Part shown: piece after piece, positions 51,135 through 61,129 of the stretch
Layout of the letters: every line of letters starts with the position of its first letter
Numbering within the stretch: position 1 is the stretch's first letter
From: a virus
DNA: 64,000 nucleotides
Virus record (IMG/VR): IMGVR_UViG_3300037294_000405
Location: 32,001 to 96,000 of that record
Direction: 5' to 3' (one strand)
The notes under the pieces: generated by a model
Databases searched by the model: none
What the model saw: the letters and a program-made list of their open reading frames with translations, nothing else
Told to the model about the DNA's origin: nothing
Translations under genes and position numbers: made by a program

Positions 51135-51273
51135 TTGCATATACAGTAAAATCTTCGTACCTTTGTATAAAATTATGTGTTTATGGTTTCTTTATTTAGA
51201 AAAATAATTTAACAATATACCTTAATTTAGGGTTAAAAGCTATTGACTTTTCACCTAAAAGTTACTATATTTG
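51135..51273 (+). promoter_or_regulatory. two tandem Bacteroidota-type promoters upstream of the replication operon
   Basis: TTG(51135)-N20-TACCTTTG(51158-51165) and TTG(51243)-N20-TATATTTG(51266-51273). Confidence 0.75.
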
Positions 51274-51327
51274 TATAACAATTTAAAAGAAAATAAATAA
51301 CGTAAATATATAAAACAAGAAAAAAAA

Positions 51328-52218
51328 ATGACTACAGAAAACAACACATTAGACGCTATGCTTGCGCAGTATGAAAAAAACAATGCTCCAAGACCAGTAA
51401 AAACTGAAGCTAAGGTTTATGACCTTAAAAACTACTTTAATACTTATATTAAAGAAGGTATTGATAAAGCAACTAAGCAAATTAGAATTCTTCCAACAAA
51501 TGATGGTTCTACACCAATTGTGGAAATACACACCCATAAAGTTCAACTGGACGGTGAGTGGAAAACATTCGCATGTTTAAAACATGAAAAAGGTGAGGCT
51601 TGTCCTTTTTGTGAAGCTCGTGAGGCTCTATTATCGACAGGTAAAGATTCTGATAAAGAACTAGCTAAAAAATACAACGCACGTAAAATGTATGTGGTTA
51701 AAGTAATTGACAGAGAACGTGAAGATGAAGGCGTTAAATTCTGGAGATTTAACCATGATTACCGTAAAGAGGGTATCTATGATAAAATCATTGGTGTTCT
51801 TAATGCAATCAAAAAAGACGTTACAAACGCAGAAAATGGTCGTGATTTATTATTAACCATTAACAGAAACATGAATAGCATAGTTGTGTCGGGTGTCGCC
51901 TCACTTGACCCTTCTACGTTATCAGAAGACCAAGAATTAAAAGACTTGTGGTTGTCTGATTCTAGAGTATGGGAAGACGTTTATTCGGTAAGAACTTACG
52001 ATTACTTAGAAATTATAGTTAAAGGTGGAATTCCAGTATGGGATAAAGAAGAGAGAAAATTTGTTGCTAAAGAAGCATTAACCTCTGAAAACCCTAACGC
52101 TACTTTAGAGGCTGAGTTAACAATGGGTGTTGAGAACATCAAAGCTAACTTACAAGTTGCTGAAACTGCTGAAACTTCTTCTACTACTACTGAAGAAGAA
52201 GATGACTTACCTTTCTAA
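51328..52218 (+). CDS. single-stranded DNA-binding protein (T4 gp32-like)
   Basis: IRILP, H...C......CPFCE zinc ligands, VIDR, GRDL and an acidic tail ending DDLPF. Confidence 0.85.
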   Translation: MTTENNTLDAMLAQYEKNNAPRPVKTEAKVYDLKNYFNTYIKEGIDKATKQIRILPTNDGSTPIVEIHTHKVQLDGEWKTFACLKHEKGEACPFCEAREALLSTGKDSDKELAKKYNARKMYVVKVIDREREDEGVKFWRFNHDYRKEGIYDKIIGVLNAIKKDVTNAENGRDLLLTINRNMNSIVVSGVASLDPSTLSEDQELKDLWLSDSRVWEDVYSVRTYDYLEIIVKGGIPVWDKEERKFVAKEALTSENPNATLEAELTMGVENIKANLQVAETAETSSTTTEEEDDLPF

Positions 52219-52236
52219 TTTAAAATTAAACAAAAC

Positions 52237-52265
52237 AAAAAGAGGTGAGGAATTACCTCTTTTTT
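52237..52265 (+). terminator. intrinsic terminator
   Basis: AAAAAGAGGT-GAGGAATT-ACCTCTTTTT. Confidence 0.75.
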
Positions 52266-52304
52266 GTTCTAAAATAATAAACAAACAAATAAAATTTATA
52301 ATAA

Positions 52305-53417
52305 ATGGCGACAAAACCACAAAAAAAAACAATTGAAAAAAAAGAATTTGATAATAAATCTATGAAAGCGTCATTAGGTTTAGGTGGTCAAATCGTTAAA
52401 GAAAAAGAATTAGCTTGGATTCCGTTTAAAAAAGCGTTCCACGATGCCGTAGGTCTTCCAGGGGTTCCACGTGGTTATACCTCACAATTTAGAGGTTTCT
52501 CGGATGTAGGTAAATCAACTAGTATTTACGAAACAATTTCTGGTGCTCAAAAATTGGGTGACTATATTGTAATATTTGACACAGAAGGAAGTTTTAGTTG
52601 GGAACACGCACGATTAGTTGGGTTTAAGTATACTGAAGTTTGCGATGAAGAAACTGGTGAGGTGATTGATTATGAAGGTGAAGATTTCCTTTATTTAGGT
52701 GGAATGGATTTAGTTAGTATGTATCAAAATTTTGACTACAAATCTGGTAAGCTGACAACATCACCACAACGTTACATTCCAGTCGTTGAAGATGTTGCAC
52801 ATGCAATGAATGACCTTATGGATAAGCAAATGAGAGGTGAATTAAATAGAAATATTACGTTCCTTTGGGATTCAATTGGTTCTATTGGTTGCTACGAAGG
52901 TGCTGTTTCAAACACAAACAACAACCAATGGACTGCTGGTGCGTTAAAAAGAGCTTTTGAGTCAATTCTAAACTTTAGAATTCCAGCTTCTAGAAGAGAA
53001 GACGCTCCTTTTATAAATACATTTGTCGCTGTGCAAAAAATCTGGTTAAGACCAAATGCCGTAGGTCAACCAACTGTTATGCACAATGGTGGTGAAGGTT
53101 TCAAATATGGTGTTAGACTCATTTTTCACATGGGTGGTATGACAACATCTTCAGCGAAAAAATTGGATGCGGTAAACGCTGGTAGAAGTTACCAATTTGG
53201 TGTTATGACTGACATAAAATGTGTTAAAAATCACGTAAATGGAATCGAACAAATGGGTTCTATCTGCTCAACACCACATGGGTTTGTGAACCCAACTGAA
53301 AAAAACGATTACGTTAAAGCAAACAAAGATTTCATTAACCAAAAGTTAGGTACATCATTTGATGATTTTGATGTTAAAGAAATCGCTTTAGATGCTGATG
53401 CATACGAAAAAGATTAA
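52305..53417 (+). CDS. RecA/UvsX-like recombinase
   Basis: GVPRG, Walker A GFSDVGKST, FDTEGSF, Walker B FLWDSIGS, GGEGFKY, KCVKNH. Confidence 0.85.
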   Translation: MATKPQKKTIEKKEFDNKSMKASLGLGGQIVKEKELAWIPFKKAFHDAVGLPGVPRGYTSQFRGFSDVGKSTSIYETISGAQKLGDYIVIFDTEGSFSWEHARLVGFKYTEVCDEETGEVIDYEGEDFLYLGGMDLVSMYQNFDYKSGKLTTSPQRYIPVVEDVAHAMNDLMDKQMRGELNRNITFLWDSIGSIGCYEGAVSNTNNNQWTAGALKRAFESILNFRIPASRREDAPFINTFVAVQKIWLRPNAVGQPTVMHNGGEGFKYGVRLIFHMGGMTTSSAKKLDAVNAGRSYQFGVMTDIKCVKNHVNGIEQMGSICSTPHGFVNPTEKNDYVKANKDFINQKLGTSFDDFDVKEIALDADAYEKD

Positions 53418-53448
53418 ATCTATTTATTAACCCTTTAAATGTTCTAAT

Positions 53449-54501
53449 ATGAACAAAAGACCACCACGTAATGGTGAAATTATTTTAAAAACACAAAATA
53501 CATTATTGGTAGATGGAAACGCCCTGTTTAAGACAGGGTTTTTCGGAGCCAAAAGTCAATATAACCAACACGGTAATCATGTTGGTGGTATTTATCAATT
53601 CCTTACTACACTTAGAATGATATTAGACGATGATTTATATCATAGGGTCTATGTTTTTTGGGACGGTAACTTTAGTGGTAAGTTAAGATATGAAATTTAC
53701 GAACCATACAAAAGCGGTAGAGGTAAGGATTATAAAAACGGTACCCAACCTATTGATGAGTCTGAATTATTACAAAGAGAAATTGTTTGGGAATATCTAA
53801 ATGAAATGTATATTAGACAATTAAAAGATGAAATAATTGAGGGTGACGACTTCATAGCTTACTATTGTTTAACGAAAAAAGAAAACGAGAAAATAACTAT
53901 CATGACTAATGATAGGGATATGGCACAGTTAATTCAAGAAAATATTAAAGTTTATTTTCTAGATTTGAAGAAATATGTTGATAATGTCAACTTTTCTTCG
54001 TATTTTTGTTATCATTATGAAAATGCAGCGTTGATAAAAACAATGACTGGTGATTCAAGTGATAGTATCAAGGGTATAAAAGGTTTAGGTGAAACAACAC
54101 TAATATCATTATTTCCAGAATTGACACAAAGAAAAGTAAGTTTAACCGAAATTTTAGAAAATGCAAAAAAACAACAAGAACAAAGATTAGTCGATAAGAA
54201 AAAACCACTTAAAGTATTGGATAATATTATCAATGCTGTTACTGAAGGTGTACAAGGTGAAAAAGTTTACGAAATAAATGAAAAATTAGTTAACTTAAGA
54301 AAACCTATGATGACCGAAGATGGTATAAGAAATTTAGAAGAGTTAATTGACGGAACCCTAGACTCATCGGGTAGAGACTTAAAAAACGTTCTAATATACA
54401 TGAAAAGAGATGGGATTGATAAAACTATAGGCGAATACAGGTATCCAGAATATCTTATACCCTTTAAAAACTTAATAGCTAGAGAAAAACTAATATTTTA
54501 A
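53449..54501 (+). CDS. 5'-3' exonuclease / flap endonuclease (T4 RNase H-like)
   Basis: LLVDGN, YKSGR, EGDDFIA, NDRDMAQL, GDSSDSIKGIKGLGE. Confidence 0.92.
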   Translation: MNKRPPRNGEIILKTQNTLLVDGNALFKTGFFGAKSQYNQHGNHVGGIYQFLTTLRMILDDDLYHRVYVFWDGNFSGKLRYEIYEPYKSGRGKDYKNGTQPIDESELLQREIVWEYLNEMYIRQLKDEIIEGDDFIAYYCLTKKENEKITIMTNDRDMAQLIQENIKVYFLDLKKYVDNVNFSSYFCYHYENAALIKTMTGDSSDSIKGIKGLGETTLISLFPELTQRKVSLTEILENAKKQQEQRLVDKKKPLKVLDNIINAVTEGVQGEKVYEINEKLVNLRKPMMTEDGIRNLEELIDGTLDSSGRDLKNVLIYMKRDGIDKTIGEYRYPEYLIPFKNLIAREKLIF

Positions 54502-54515
54502 AAAAAAACAACTAT

Positions 54516-55013
54516 ATGAACGCAAAAGAAAAAACAACCGCACCAATTATGAAAAAAATAGAAGAACAAAGATTTGAATTCGTACTTTATATTAATAATA
54601 ACATCATTTGTCAAAGATATTTCCATATTTTTGATTTTAACGAGGACTCAATCAATTCGCTAGATATTAAAGAAATGGTTGATGAAATTGCTGGTATGAA
54701 CAAGGGTGAATTTGGTACGTTAGGTATCATACCTAATTATTTAAAAAGAAAATCAATGCAGTACCTTTGGGAAAATTATAACCCATACTTTGTACAAACA
54801 GATGAATCTTATAGAGCACCAGCCAAAAAAGGTGACGAGTTTCAATTTGAATTTAAGGTCGATAAAAGAGTCGTTGTGTCAGCACAATTTTCAAACGAAT
54901 TTTTTACTTTAAACCCTAGGGTTAGTGTTGATATTAGAGAAGTTATCCCAGAAATTATGTCTGAGATTAGACAAACAACTAGTAGAAATAAATATTCAAT
55001 GGTGACAGTTTAA
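54516..55013 (+). CDS. hypothetical protein
   Basis: 165-aa ORF in the replication cluster. Confidence 0.7.
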   Translation: MNAKEKTTAPIMKKIEEQRFEFVLYINNNIICQRYFHIFDFNEDSINSLDIKEMVDEIAGMNKGEFGTLGIIPNYLKRKSMQYLWENYNPYFVQTDESYRAPAKKGDEFQFEFKVDKRVVVSAQFSNEFFTLNPRVSVDIREVIPEIMSEIRQTTSRNKYSMVTV

Positions 55014-55067
55014 TAATTATCATTAAATATTTATTATAACACAGGTGAAAAAAAATATAAAAATAGA

Positions 55068-56471
55068 ATGGCAAAAATAGATAAAAATAATTTCGGTTAT
55101 TTAGGATACGACTACCAATTAAGGCTTATAGCACAATTTTTAACGGATAGAAAGTTTGCAAATTCTATATTAGATATCGTTGACCCAAACTACTTTGAAG
55201 ACCAGTATTTGCGAGTAATCGCTGCAACAATAAAAGATGCAAAGGCTACTGATGACATCGTTCCAGATGTTGGTAGCCTTGAATTCAGATTACTAGAAGA
55301 TGTTAAGGACGAATACCAAAGAAAATATGTTATCAGTCAACTACGTAAAATCCAAGAAGCTGACTTGAATGATACCTTGAAAGTCCAAGATATGGCGATG
55401 AGGTTTTGTAAACAACAAGAAATGAGAAAATCGATGATGCAAGTTAATAAAATCATCGAACGAGGTAACCTTGAAGATTACGAACAAGTTGAAGCTATTA
55501 TAAGGAAAGCACTTGAGCATGGTGATGCTAAAGATGATGGTATTAACGTTTTTGATGGTATAGAACATGTTTTAATTGATGATTTTAGAAAACCAATTGC
55601 TACTGGAATAAAAGGATTAGATGAAGTCATGGATGGTGGGTTATCCAGAGGTGAGTTAGCAGTAATATTAGCACCATTCGGTGTTGGTAAAACAACCATG
55701 ATGACAAAATTAGCTAACACCGCAATGGCAGATGGTTATAAAGTTTTACAAATATTTTTCGAAGACAACCCAAAAGTTATCCAAAGAAAACATTTAGCTT
55801 GTTCTTCTGGATATGAACTAAATAGTTTAAGCTTACACAAAGAAGAAATATTTGAAATTGTTGCAAAATTACCTCATGAAAACCTTAAACTTAAAAAGTT
55901 CTCTAGTGATGGTACTACAATTCCAATTATTAGACAACACATTAGAAAGTTGATAGCGCAAGGTTTTAGACCAGATATAGTTTTATTAGATTATATTGAT
56001 TGTGTTGAACCATCAAGAAAATTTGATGATATTAACGCTGGTGAAGGTAGTGTTATGCGACAATTTGAAACACTTTTATCTGAATTAGATATAGCTGGAT
56101 GGACGGCTGTTCAAGGTAATAGAAGCTCTATTTCGGCTGATGTGGTTGAAGCTAACCAAATAGGTGGTTCAATTAAAAAAGGCCAAATTGGTCACTTTAT
56201 TGTGTCTATAGCGAAAAACTTAGACCAAAAAGAAGCTAGTACTGCGACAATGGCGATACTTAAATCTCGTTTTGGTAAGGATGGTCTCATCTTTCAAGAT
56301 ATTAGATTTGATAACGCAAGAATTCAAATAGATATGGGTCAAAGTAAAGGTGCCAGAACTCAAACGGAACATAAGACTGATAAAGAAGAAGTTAACCAAA
56401 ATAGAGTTAACACAGTATTAGCGGCTGCTCAAAACAGAAACACTATATTGAATAATCCAACTCAAAGATAG
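55068..56471 (+). CDS. replicative DnaB-like helicase (gp41-like)
   Basis: TGIKGLD...GGLSRGEL...APFGVGKT, LLDYID, AVQGNR, KSRFG. Confidence 0.93.
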   Translation: MAKIDKNNFGYLGYDYQLRLIAQFLTDRKFANSILDIVDPNYFEDQYLRVIAATIKDAKATDDIVPDVGSLEFRLLEDVKDEYQRKYVISQLRKIQEADLNDTLKVQDMAMRFCKQQEMRKSMMQVNKIIERGNLEDYEQVEAIIRKALEHGDAKDDGINVFDGIEHVLIDDFRKPIATGIKGLDEVMDGGLSRGELAVILAPFGVGKTTMMTKLANTAMADGYKVLQIFFEDNPKVIQRKHLACSSGYELNSLSLHKEEIFEIVAKLPHENLKLKKFSSDGTTIPIIRQHIRKLIAQGFRPDIVLLDYIDCVEPSRKFDDINAGEGSVMRQFETLLSELDIAGWTAVQGNRSSISADVVEANQIGGSIKKGQIGHFIVSIAKNLDQKEASTATMAILKSRFGKDGLIFQDIRFDNARIQIDMGQSKGARTQTEHKTDKEEVNQNRVNTVLAAAQNRNTILNNPTQR

Positions 56472-56474
56472 CGC

Positions 56475-56509
56475 AAAATAAAATAAAATAAAATAAAATA
56501 AAATAAAAT
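56475..56509 (+). repeat. (AAAAT)x7 microsatellite
   Basis: Seven exact 5-nt units between the helicase stop and the nrdB start. Confidence 0.95.
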
Positions 56510-56528
56510 AACTATTTAATAAAAAAAA

Positions 56529-57482
56529 ATGACTGAACCAATATTAACTAACAACCCAAACAGATTTGTACTTTTCCCTATTGAACACCAAGATATTTGG
56601 GATTTGTATGAAACACAATTAAGCGCTATGTGGACAACTCAAGAAGTTGATTTATCTAAAGACATTGACCACTGGAATAATAAACTAACTGAAAAGGAAA
56701 GATTTTTTGTTAAAAACGTGTTAGCCTTCTTTGCTGCCAGTGATGGTATAGTGAATGAAAATCTAGCTATAAATTTCTTAAATGAGGTTCAATACACCGA
56801 AGCAAAGTTTTTTTATGGTTTTCAAATTATGATGGAAAACATACATAGTCAAATGTATTCCTTACTTATTGATACATACATTAAAGACACTAAAGAAAGA
56901 CAAGAATGCTTTAATGCTATTGAATACATGCCACCAGTTAAGAAAAAAGCTGAATGGGCGTTAAAATGGATTGAATCTGAATCTTTTGTTGAGAGATTAA
57001 TAGCCTTTGTTGCTGTAGAAGGTATTTTCTTTTCTGGTTCTTTCTGTAGTATTTTTTATTTAAAATCTAGGGGTTTAATGCCAGGTTTATGTGATTCAAA
57101 TACATTCATTTCTAGAGATGAAGCTATGCACGCTGATTTTGCCATTCATTTGTTAAATAACCATATAGTTGACAAACCATCTAAAGAAAGAATTAAAGAA
57201 ATTTTCTTATCTGCTTTAGAGATTGAGAAAGAATTTATTACCGAATCATTACCAGTTTCGCTTATTGGTATGAACTCTAATGTTATGAAACAATATTTAG
57301 AGTTTGTTGTTGATGGTTTATTACAACAATTAGAGTGTGATAAAGAATTTAATAGTAAAAACCCTTTTGAGTTTATGAATCAAATTGCTTTAAAAACAAA
57401 GGCAAATTTTTTCGAGGGTCGTTCAACGGAATATAAATCAGCTGATTTAAGTGGGCCAATCTCATTTGATGAAGAAATTTAA
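56529..57482 (+). CDS. nrdB: ribonucleotide reductase class Ia beta subunit
   Basis: [48 protein letters not shown]. Confidence 0.97.
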   Translation: MTEPILTNNPNRFVLFPIEHQDIWDLYETQLSAMWTTQEVDLSKDIDHWNNKLTEKERFFVKNVLAFFAASDGIVNENLAINFLNEVQYTEAKFFYGFQIMMENIHSQMYSLLIDTYIKDTKERQECFNAIEYMPPVKKKAEWALKWIESESFVERLIAFVAVEGIFFSGSFCSIFYLKSRGLMPGLCDSNTFISRDEAMHADFAIHLLNNHIVDKPSKERIKEIFLSALEIEKEFITESLPVSLIGMNSNVMKQYLEFVVDGLLQQLECDKEFNSKNPFEFMNQIALKTKANFFEGRSTEYKSADLSGPISFDEEI

Positions 57483-57499
57483 CATTAATAAATAAAAAT

Positions 57500-59074
57500 A
57501 TGCAAGTAATAAAAAGAAACGGTAATAAAATAGATTTCAACCCAAATAAAATTCTTACCAGAATAAAAAAACAATCCGAAGGGTTAAAAGTTAACGCTGA
57601 CGAGGTGTTTATAAAGGTTACGCAAGGTATTGCTGATGATATGACAACAAATGAGTTAGATGATTTGATTTCAGTCGTATCTGAATCATTAGCTATGAAT
57701 CATCCAGACTATTCAAAATTGGCTGCAAATATATCCATAACTAAATTACATAAAGAAACCGATGACTCGTTCATGAAGGCAATAAAAAAAATGTACAATT
57801 TAGGTTTATTGAATGATGTGTATTTTAATAAAGTTAAAGAAAATATAGAGTTAATCGAATCAACAATCGATTATTCTAGAGATTTTAATTTTGATTATTT
57901 TGGTTGGTGTTCTCTTAAAGACATATATCTTTTAAAAACAAAAGATGGTGTGATAGTAGAAAGACCACAACAAATGTATGTTAGGGTCGCTCTTATGGTG
58001 ACAGAAAACGCTGAAGATTTTATTGAAAAATACAATTACATAAGTAATCAAAAAGAAAGCCCAGCAACGCCTATAAAAATGAACATAGGAACAACAATTG
58101 GTCAAATTGCCTCGTGTAATTTATCGATTGTCCCAGATGATTCAACAGAAGGGTTATTAGATATCCTAGGTAGAATTGCTATATCATCATCAAAAGCAGA
58201 AGGTATAGGTTTAGCTATTTCAAATATTCGTTCAAAAGAAAGTAATGTGGGTAATTCAAACGGAAAAGCTGGTGGTATTTTAAAATACCTTAAAGTTGTT
58301 AATGAAACACTTAGATTCTGGAACCAAAGAGGTAAAAGACCTGGCTCTTGTGCTGTTTATATTGAACCATGGCATAAAGATGTTTTTGATGTTTTAGATA
58401 TAAGAAAAAAGACAGGTGATGATACTTTAAGGGCTCGTGACTTATTTTCAGCACTATGGATTCCAAATAATTTTATGAGAGCTGTTGAAACAAATGATGC
58501 TTGGTATTTATTCTGTCCAAACGACATAAAAGAAGCTGGTTTAAAGCCATTTTATGGTATTTATGGTAAAGAGTATGAGGAAGAATATAATAAGGCCGTA
58601 GAGATGGGTATTGGTACCAAAATTAAAGCACATGATTTATGGCTTAAAATTTTGGAATCACAAATTGAAACTGGTATGCCATATATGTGCTTTAAAGACC
58701 ACGTTAATGAGAAATCCAACCAAAAAAATATTGGTATGATTCACTCTAGTAATTTGTGTGTTGATGGTAAAACAATTATTAAAACAAAATATCATGGTAA
58801 GGAAGTTGATTTTAATATTTCCGATGTTGTTAACGATTTTAATGTAGAACACGGTATAGAAGTATTAAGTTATAATATTGAAACAAATAAACCAGAATAT
58901 AAAAAGATAACAAATGCTGCCTTAATGAATGAGTCAGCTGATGTTTTAAAGATAACTGATGAGGAAACTGGTAAACATATTATTTGCACACCAGAACACC
59001 AAATATTCACAAAAAATAGAGGATATGTGTTAGCTAAAGATTTAGTTGAGACTGATGTATTAGAAATATTTTAA
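57500..59074 (+). CDS. nrdA: ribonucleotide reductase alpha subunit, N-terminal half, fused to N-intein
   Basis: ATP cone (MQVIKRNG), ERPQ, SPATP, ASC, RPGS..VYIEPWH, ETGMPY and SSNL, followed by intein sequence. Confidence 0.95.
   Translation: MQVIKRNGNKIDFNPNKILTRIKKQSEGLKVNADEVFIKVTQGIADDMTTNELDDLISVVSESLAMNHPDYSKLAANISITKLHKETDDSFMKAIKKMYNLGLLNDVYFNKVKENIELIESTIDYSRDFNFDYFGWCSLKDIYLLKTKDGVIVERPQQMYVRVALMVTENAEDFIEKYNYISNQKESPATPIKMNIGTTIGQIASCNLSIVPDDSTEGLLDILGRIAISSSKAEGIGLAISNIRSKESNVGNSNGKAGGILKYLKVVNETLRFWNQRGKRPGSCAVYIEPWHKDVFDVLDIRKKTGDDTLRARDLFSALWIPNNFMRAVETNDAWYLFCPNDIKEAGLKPFYGIYGKEYEEEYNKAVEMGIGTKIKAHDLWLKILESQIETGMPYMCFKDHVNEKSNQKNIGMIHSSNLCVDGKTIIKTKYHGKEVDFNISDVVNDFNVEHGIEVLSYNIETNKPEYKKITNAALMNESADVLKITDEETGKHIICTPEHQIFTKNRGYVLAKDLVETDVLEIF
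58757..59074 (+). mobile_element. split intein, N-terminal part (105 aa)
   Basis: Block A CVDGKTII and block B ICTPEHQIFTKNRGYVLAKDL, then a stop codon. Confidence 0.93.
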
Positions 59075-59108
59075 TCTTTTTGTGATTTCCATTATATTTA
59101 TTGTTATA

Positions 59109-59867
59109 ATGGAAATCACAATGGAAAAAAAATATTACGTATACGCTTACCTGGACCCTAGAGAAATTGGTGAGTATAATTTTGGAAATTATATTTTTAA
59201 AAATAAACCTTTTTATATTGGAAAGGGTAAAGATAGTTCTAATAGGTTAGAAAAACATTTAAAATTAATAAAAGAACAAAATAAAGATTTAACAAATAAT
59301 ATTTATAAGTTAAATGTTATTAATCAAATATTAAAAAATGGGTTAGAACCCATAATAATAAAAATAGTTGAAGGGTTAGAAGAACAAACCGCTTATGATA
59401 TTGAAAGTTTATTAATAGATATAATGGGTTTTAGACATAATAAAAGTGGTATTCTAACCAATTTAACTAAAGGTGGGTTAGGTGGTGATACGTTTACTAA
59501 TAACCCAAATAAAGAAGAAATACGTGAAAAACATAGGTTAAACGCTACTGGTGTTAATAACAATATGTATGGGTTATCTTTAAAAGAACGACCATCACAT
59601 AAAGCTAAAATAAATGGTAATCATTGGAACTTAGGTAGAAAAGCTAATGATGAAACTTTAAAAAAGATGTCTATTAATAATACTAGAGAAAATAACCCAA
59701 ACGCTAAAACTGTTGTTAAAATGAGTGTAAATGGTGAAGAAATTGACACTTACTTAACTACTGTTGAAGCAGCTGAAAAGAATAATATTAAACATAAGTC
59801 TGGAATTAGTAGAGCTTGTAAACAAGGAACCACTGCTGGTGGTTTTAAATGGAAATTTAAAAATTAA
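59109..59867 (+). mobile_element. free-standing GIY-YIG homing endonuclease between the split nrdA halves
   Basis: YYVYAYLDP...PFYIGKG...R...H, LTNLTKGGLGG, C-terminal ISRACK...TAGGFKWKF. ATG at 59109 or 59121 is preferred over the GTG at 59082. Confidence 0.88.
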
Positions 59868-59872
59868 AATAA

Positions 59873-59971
59873 ATGATAAAAATAGAAAAATTAAACGAAA
59901 AAATACCAGTATACGATATTACTGTTGAGGATAACCATAATTTTTTTGGTAATGATATATTAGTACATAAT
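59873..59971 (+). mobile_element. split intein, C-terminal part (33 aa)
   Basis: MIKIEKL...VYDITVEDNHNFFGNDILVHN followed by Cys+1 (blocks F and G). Confidence 0.93.
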
Positions 59972-61027
59972 TGTTCGGAAATTATGGAGACGACCAATGC
60001 TGAAACAACAGCTATTTGTACACTTACTAGCATCCCAGTTCAAAAATATATTATAGATGGAGTTTACGACTTCATAGAATTAGGTAAAGTAGCACGTTCA
60101 ATAACAAAATCATTAAACATAGCTTTAGAGGTTAACGAATATTCAACACCAGAAGGTAGAAAAGGTGGTTTAGAACAAAGAGCATTAGGTATTGGTATAC
60201 AAGGTTTAGCAGATGTGTTTGCTATATTAAAATTAGCGTTCACTGGTGAAATAGCTAGACAATTAAATAAAGACATATTTGAAACGATTTATTTTAATGC
60301 TTTAAGTGAATCTTGTGCTTTAGCTAAAAAAACTGGGTTAACGTATGATGGTTACGAGGGCTCACCAATTTCTGAAGGCATTTTCCAATGGCAAATGTGG
60401 GGGTTGACTGAAGATAATTTATCTGGTATGCATGATTGGAAAGGGTTAAGAAAAGACATTAAAAAATATGGTGTTAGAAACTCTTTAGTTACAACATGCC
60501 CACCAACAGCTAGTTCAGCTCGTGTAATTGGTTCGAACGAAGCTTTCGAACCGTTCACTTCAAATCTTTATGTTCGAAGAGTGACTGGTGGTGAATTTGC
60601 TATGGTAAACAAACATTTAGTTAAAGATTTAGAGTCGGAAGGTCTATGGAATAGAGAAATTCTTAGTGAATTGATAAAAAATAATGGTAGTGTTCAAAAC
60701 ATACCAGTTATTAGTTTAGAGATGAAAGAAAGATATAAAACAGTTTGGGAGATTTCACAAAAAGCGTTAATTGAAATGTCTGCTGATAGAGCACCATTCA
60801 TTGACCAATCACAAAGTCTTAATATTTTCTTCAGCACACCTACCGTTGGTAAATTAACGACATCACATAATTTGTCTTGGAAATTAGGTCTTAAAACTGG
60901 TCAGTATTATTTAAGGAGTGAGTCCGTTGATATGAAAGCTAAACATTTAGCTATTGATATGACAAAACAAAAACAAGTAGAAAAACCTACCGAAAGTCAA
61001 TTTGAGTGTGTGGGTTGTTCAAGTTAA
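59873..61027 (+). CDS. nrdA: C-intein fused to ribonucleotide reductase alpha subunit, C-terminal half
   Basis: HN/CSEI, AICTL, RALGIGIQGLAD, PPTASS, FIDQSQSLN, GLKTGQYYLR, C-terminal CVGCSS. Confidence 0.95.
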   Translation: MIKIEKLNEKIPVYDITVEDNHNFFGNDILVHNCSEIMETTNAETTAICTLTSIPVQKYIIDGVYDFIELGKVARSITKSLNIALEVNEYSTPEGRKGGLEQRALGIGIQGLADVFAILKLAFTGEIARQLNKDIFETIYFNALSESCALAKKTGLTYDGYEGSPISEGIFQWQMWGLTEDNLSGMHDWKGLRKDIKKYGVRNSLVTTCPPTASSARVIGSNEAFEPFTSNLYVRRVTGGEFAMVNKHLVKDLESEGLWNREILSELIKNNGSVQNIPVISLEMKERYKTVWEISQKALIEMSADRAPFIDQSQSLNIFFSTPTVGKLTTSHNLSWKLGLKTGQYYLRSESVDMKAKHLAIDMTKQKQVEKPTESQFECVGCSS

Positions 61028-61044
61028 TAAAAGATAAATAAATT

Positions 61045-61070
61045 AAAGGGTCCAATAGGGCCCTTTTTTT
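61045..61070 (+). terminator. intrinsic terminator
   Basis: AAAGGGTCC-AATA-GGGCCCTTT followed by a T run. Confidence 0.8.
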
Positions 61071-61129
61071 ATTTCCCATATTTACTTATAAAAATTGTTT
61101 AGTATTATATTTATCAAATAAACACAATT

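Noticed and set aside
59075-59872. Group I intron interrupting nrdA
   Set aside because: The flanks encode clear intein blocks with their own stop and start codons, and there is almost no non-coding sequence to form a ribozyme core.
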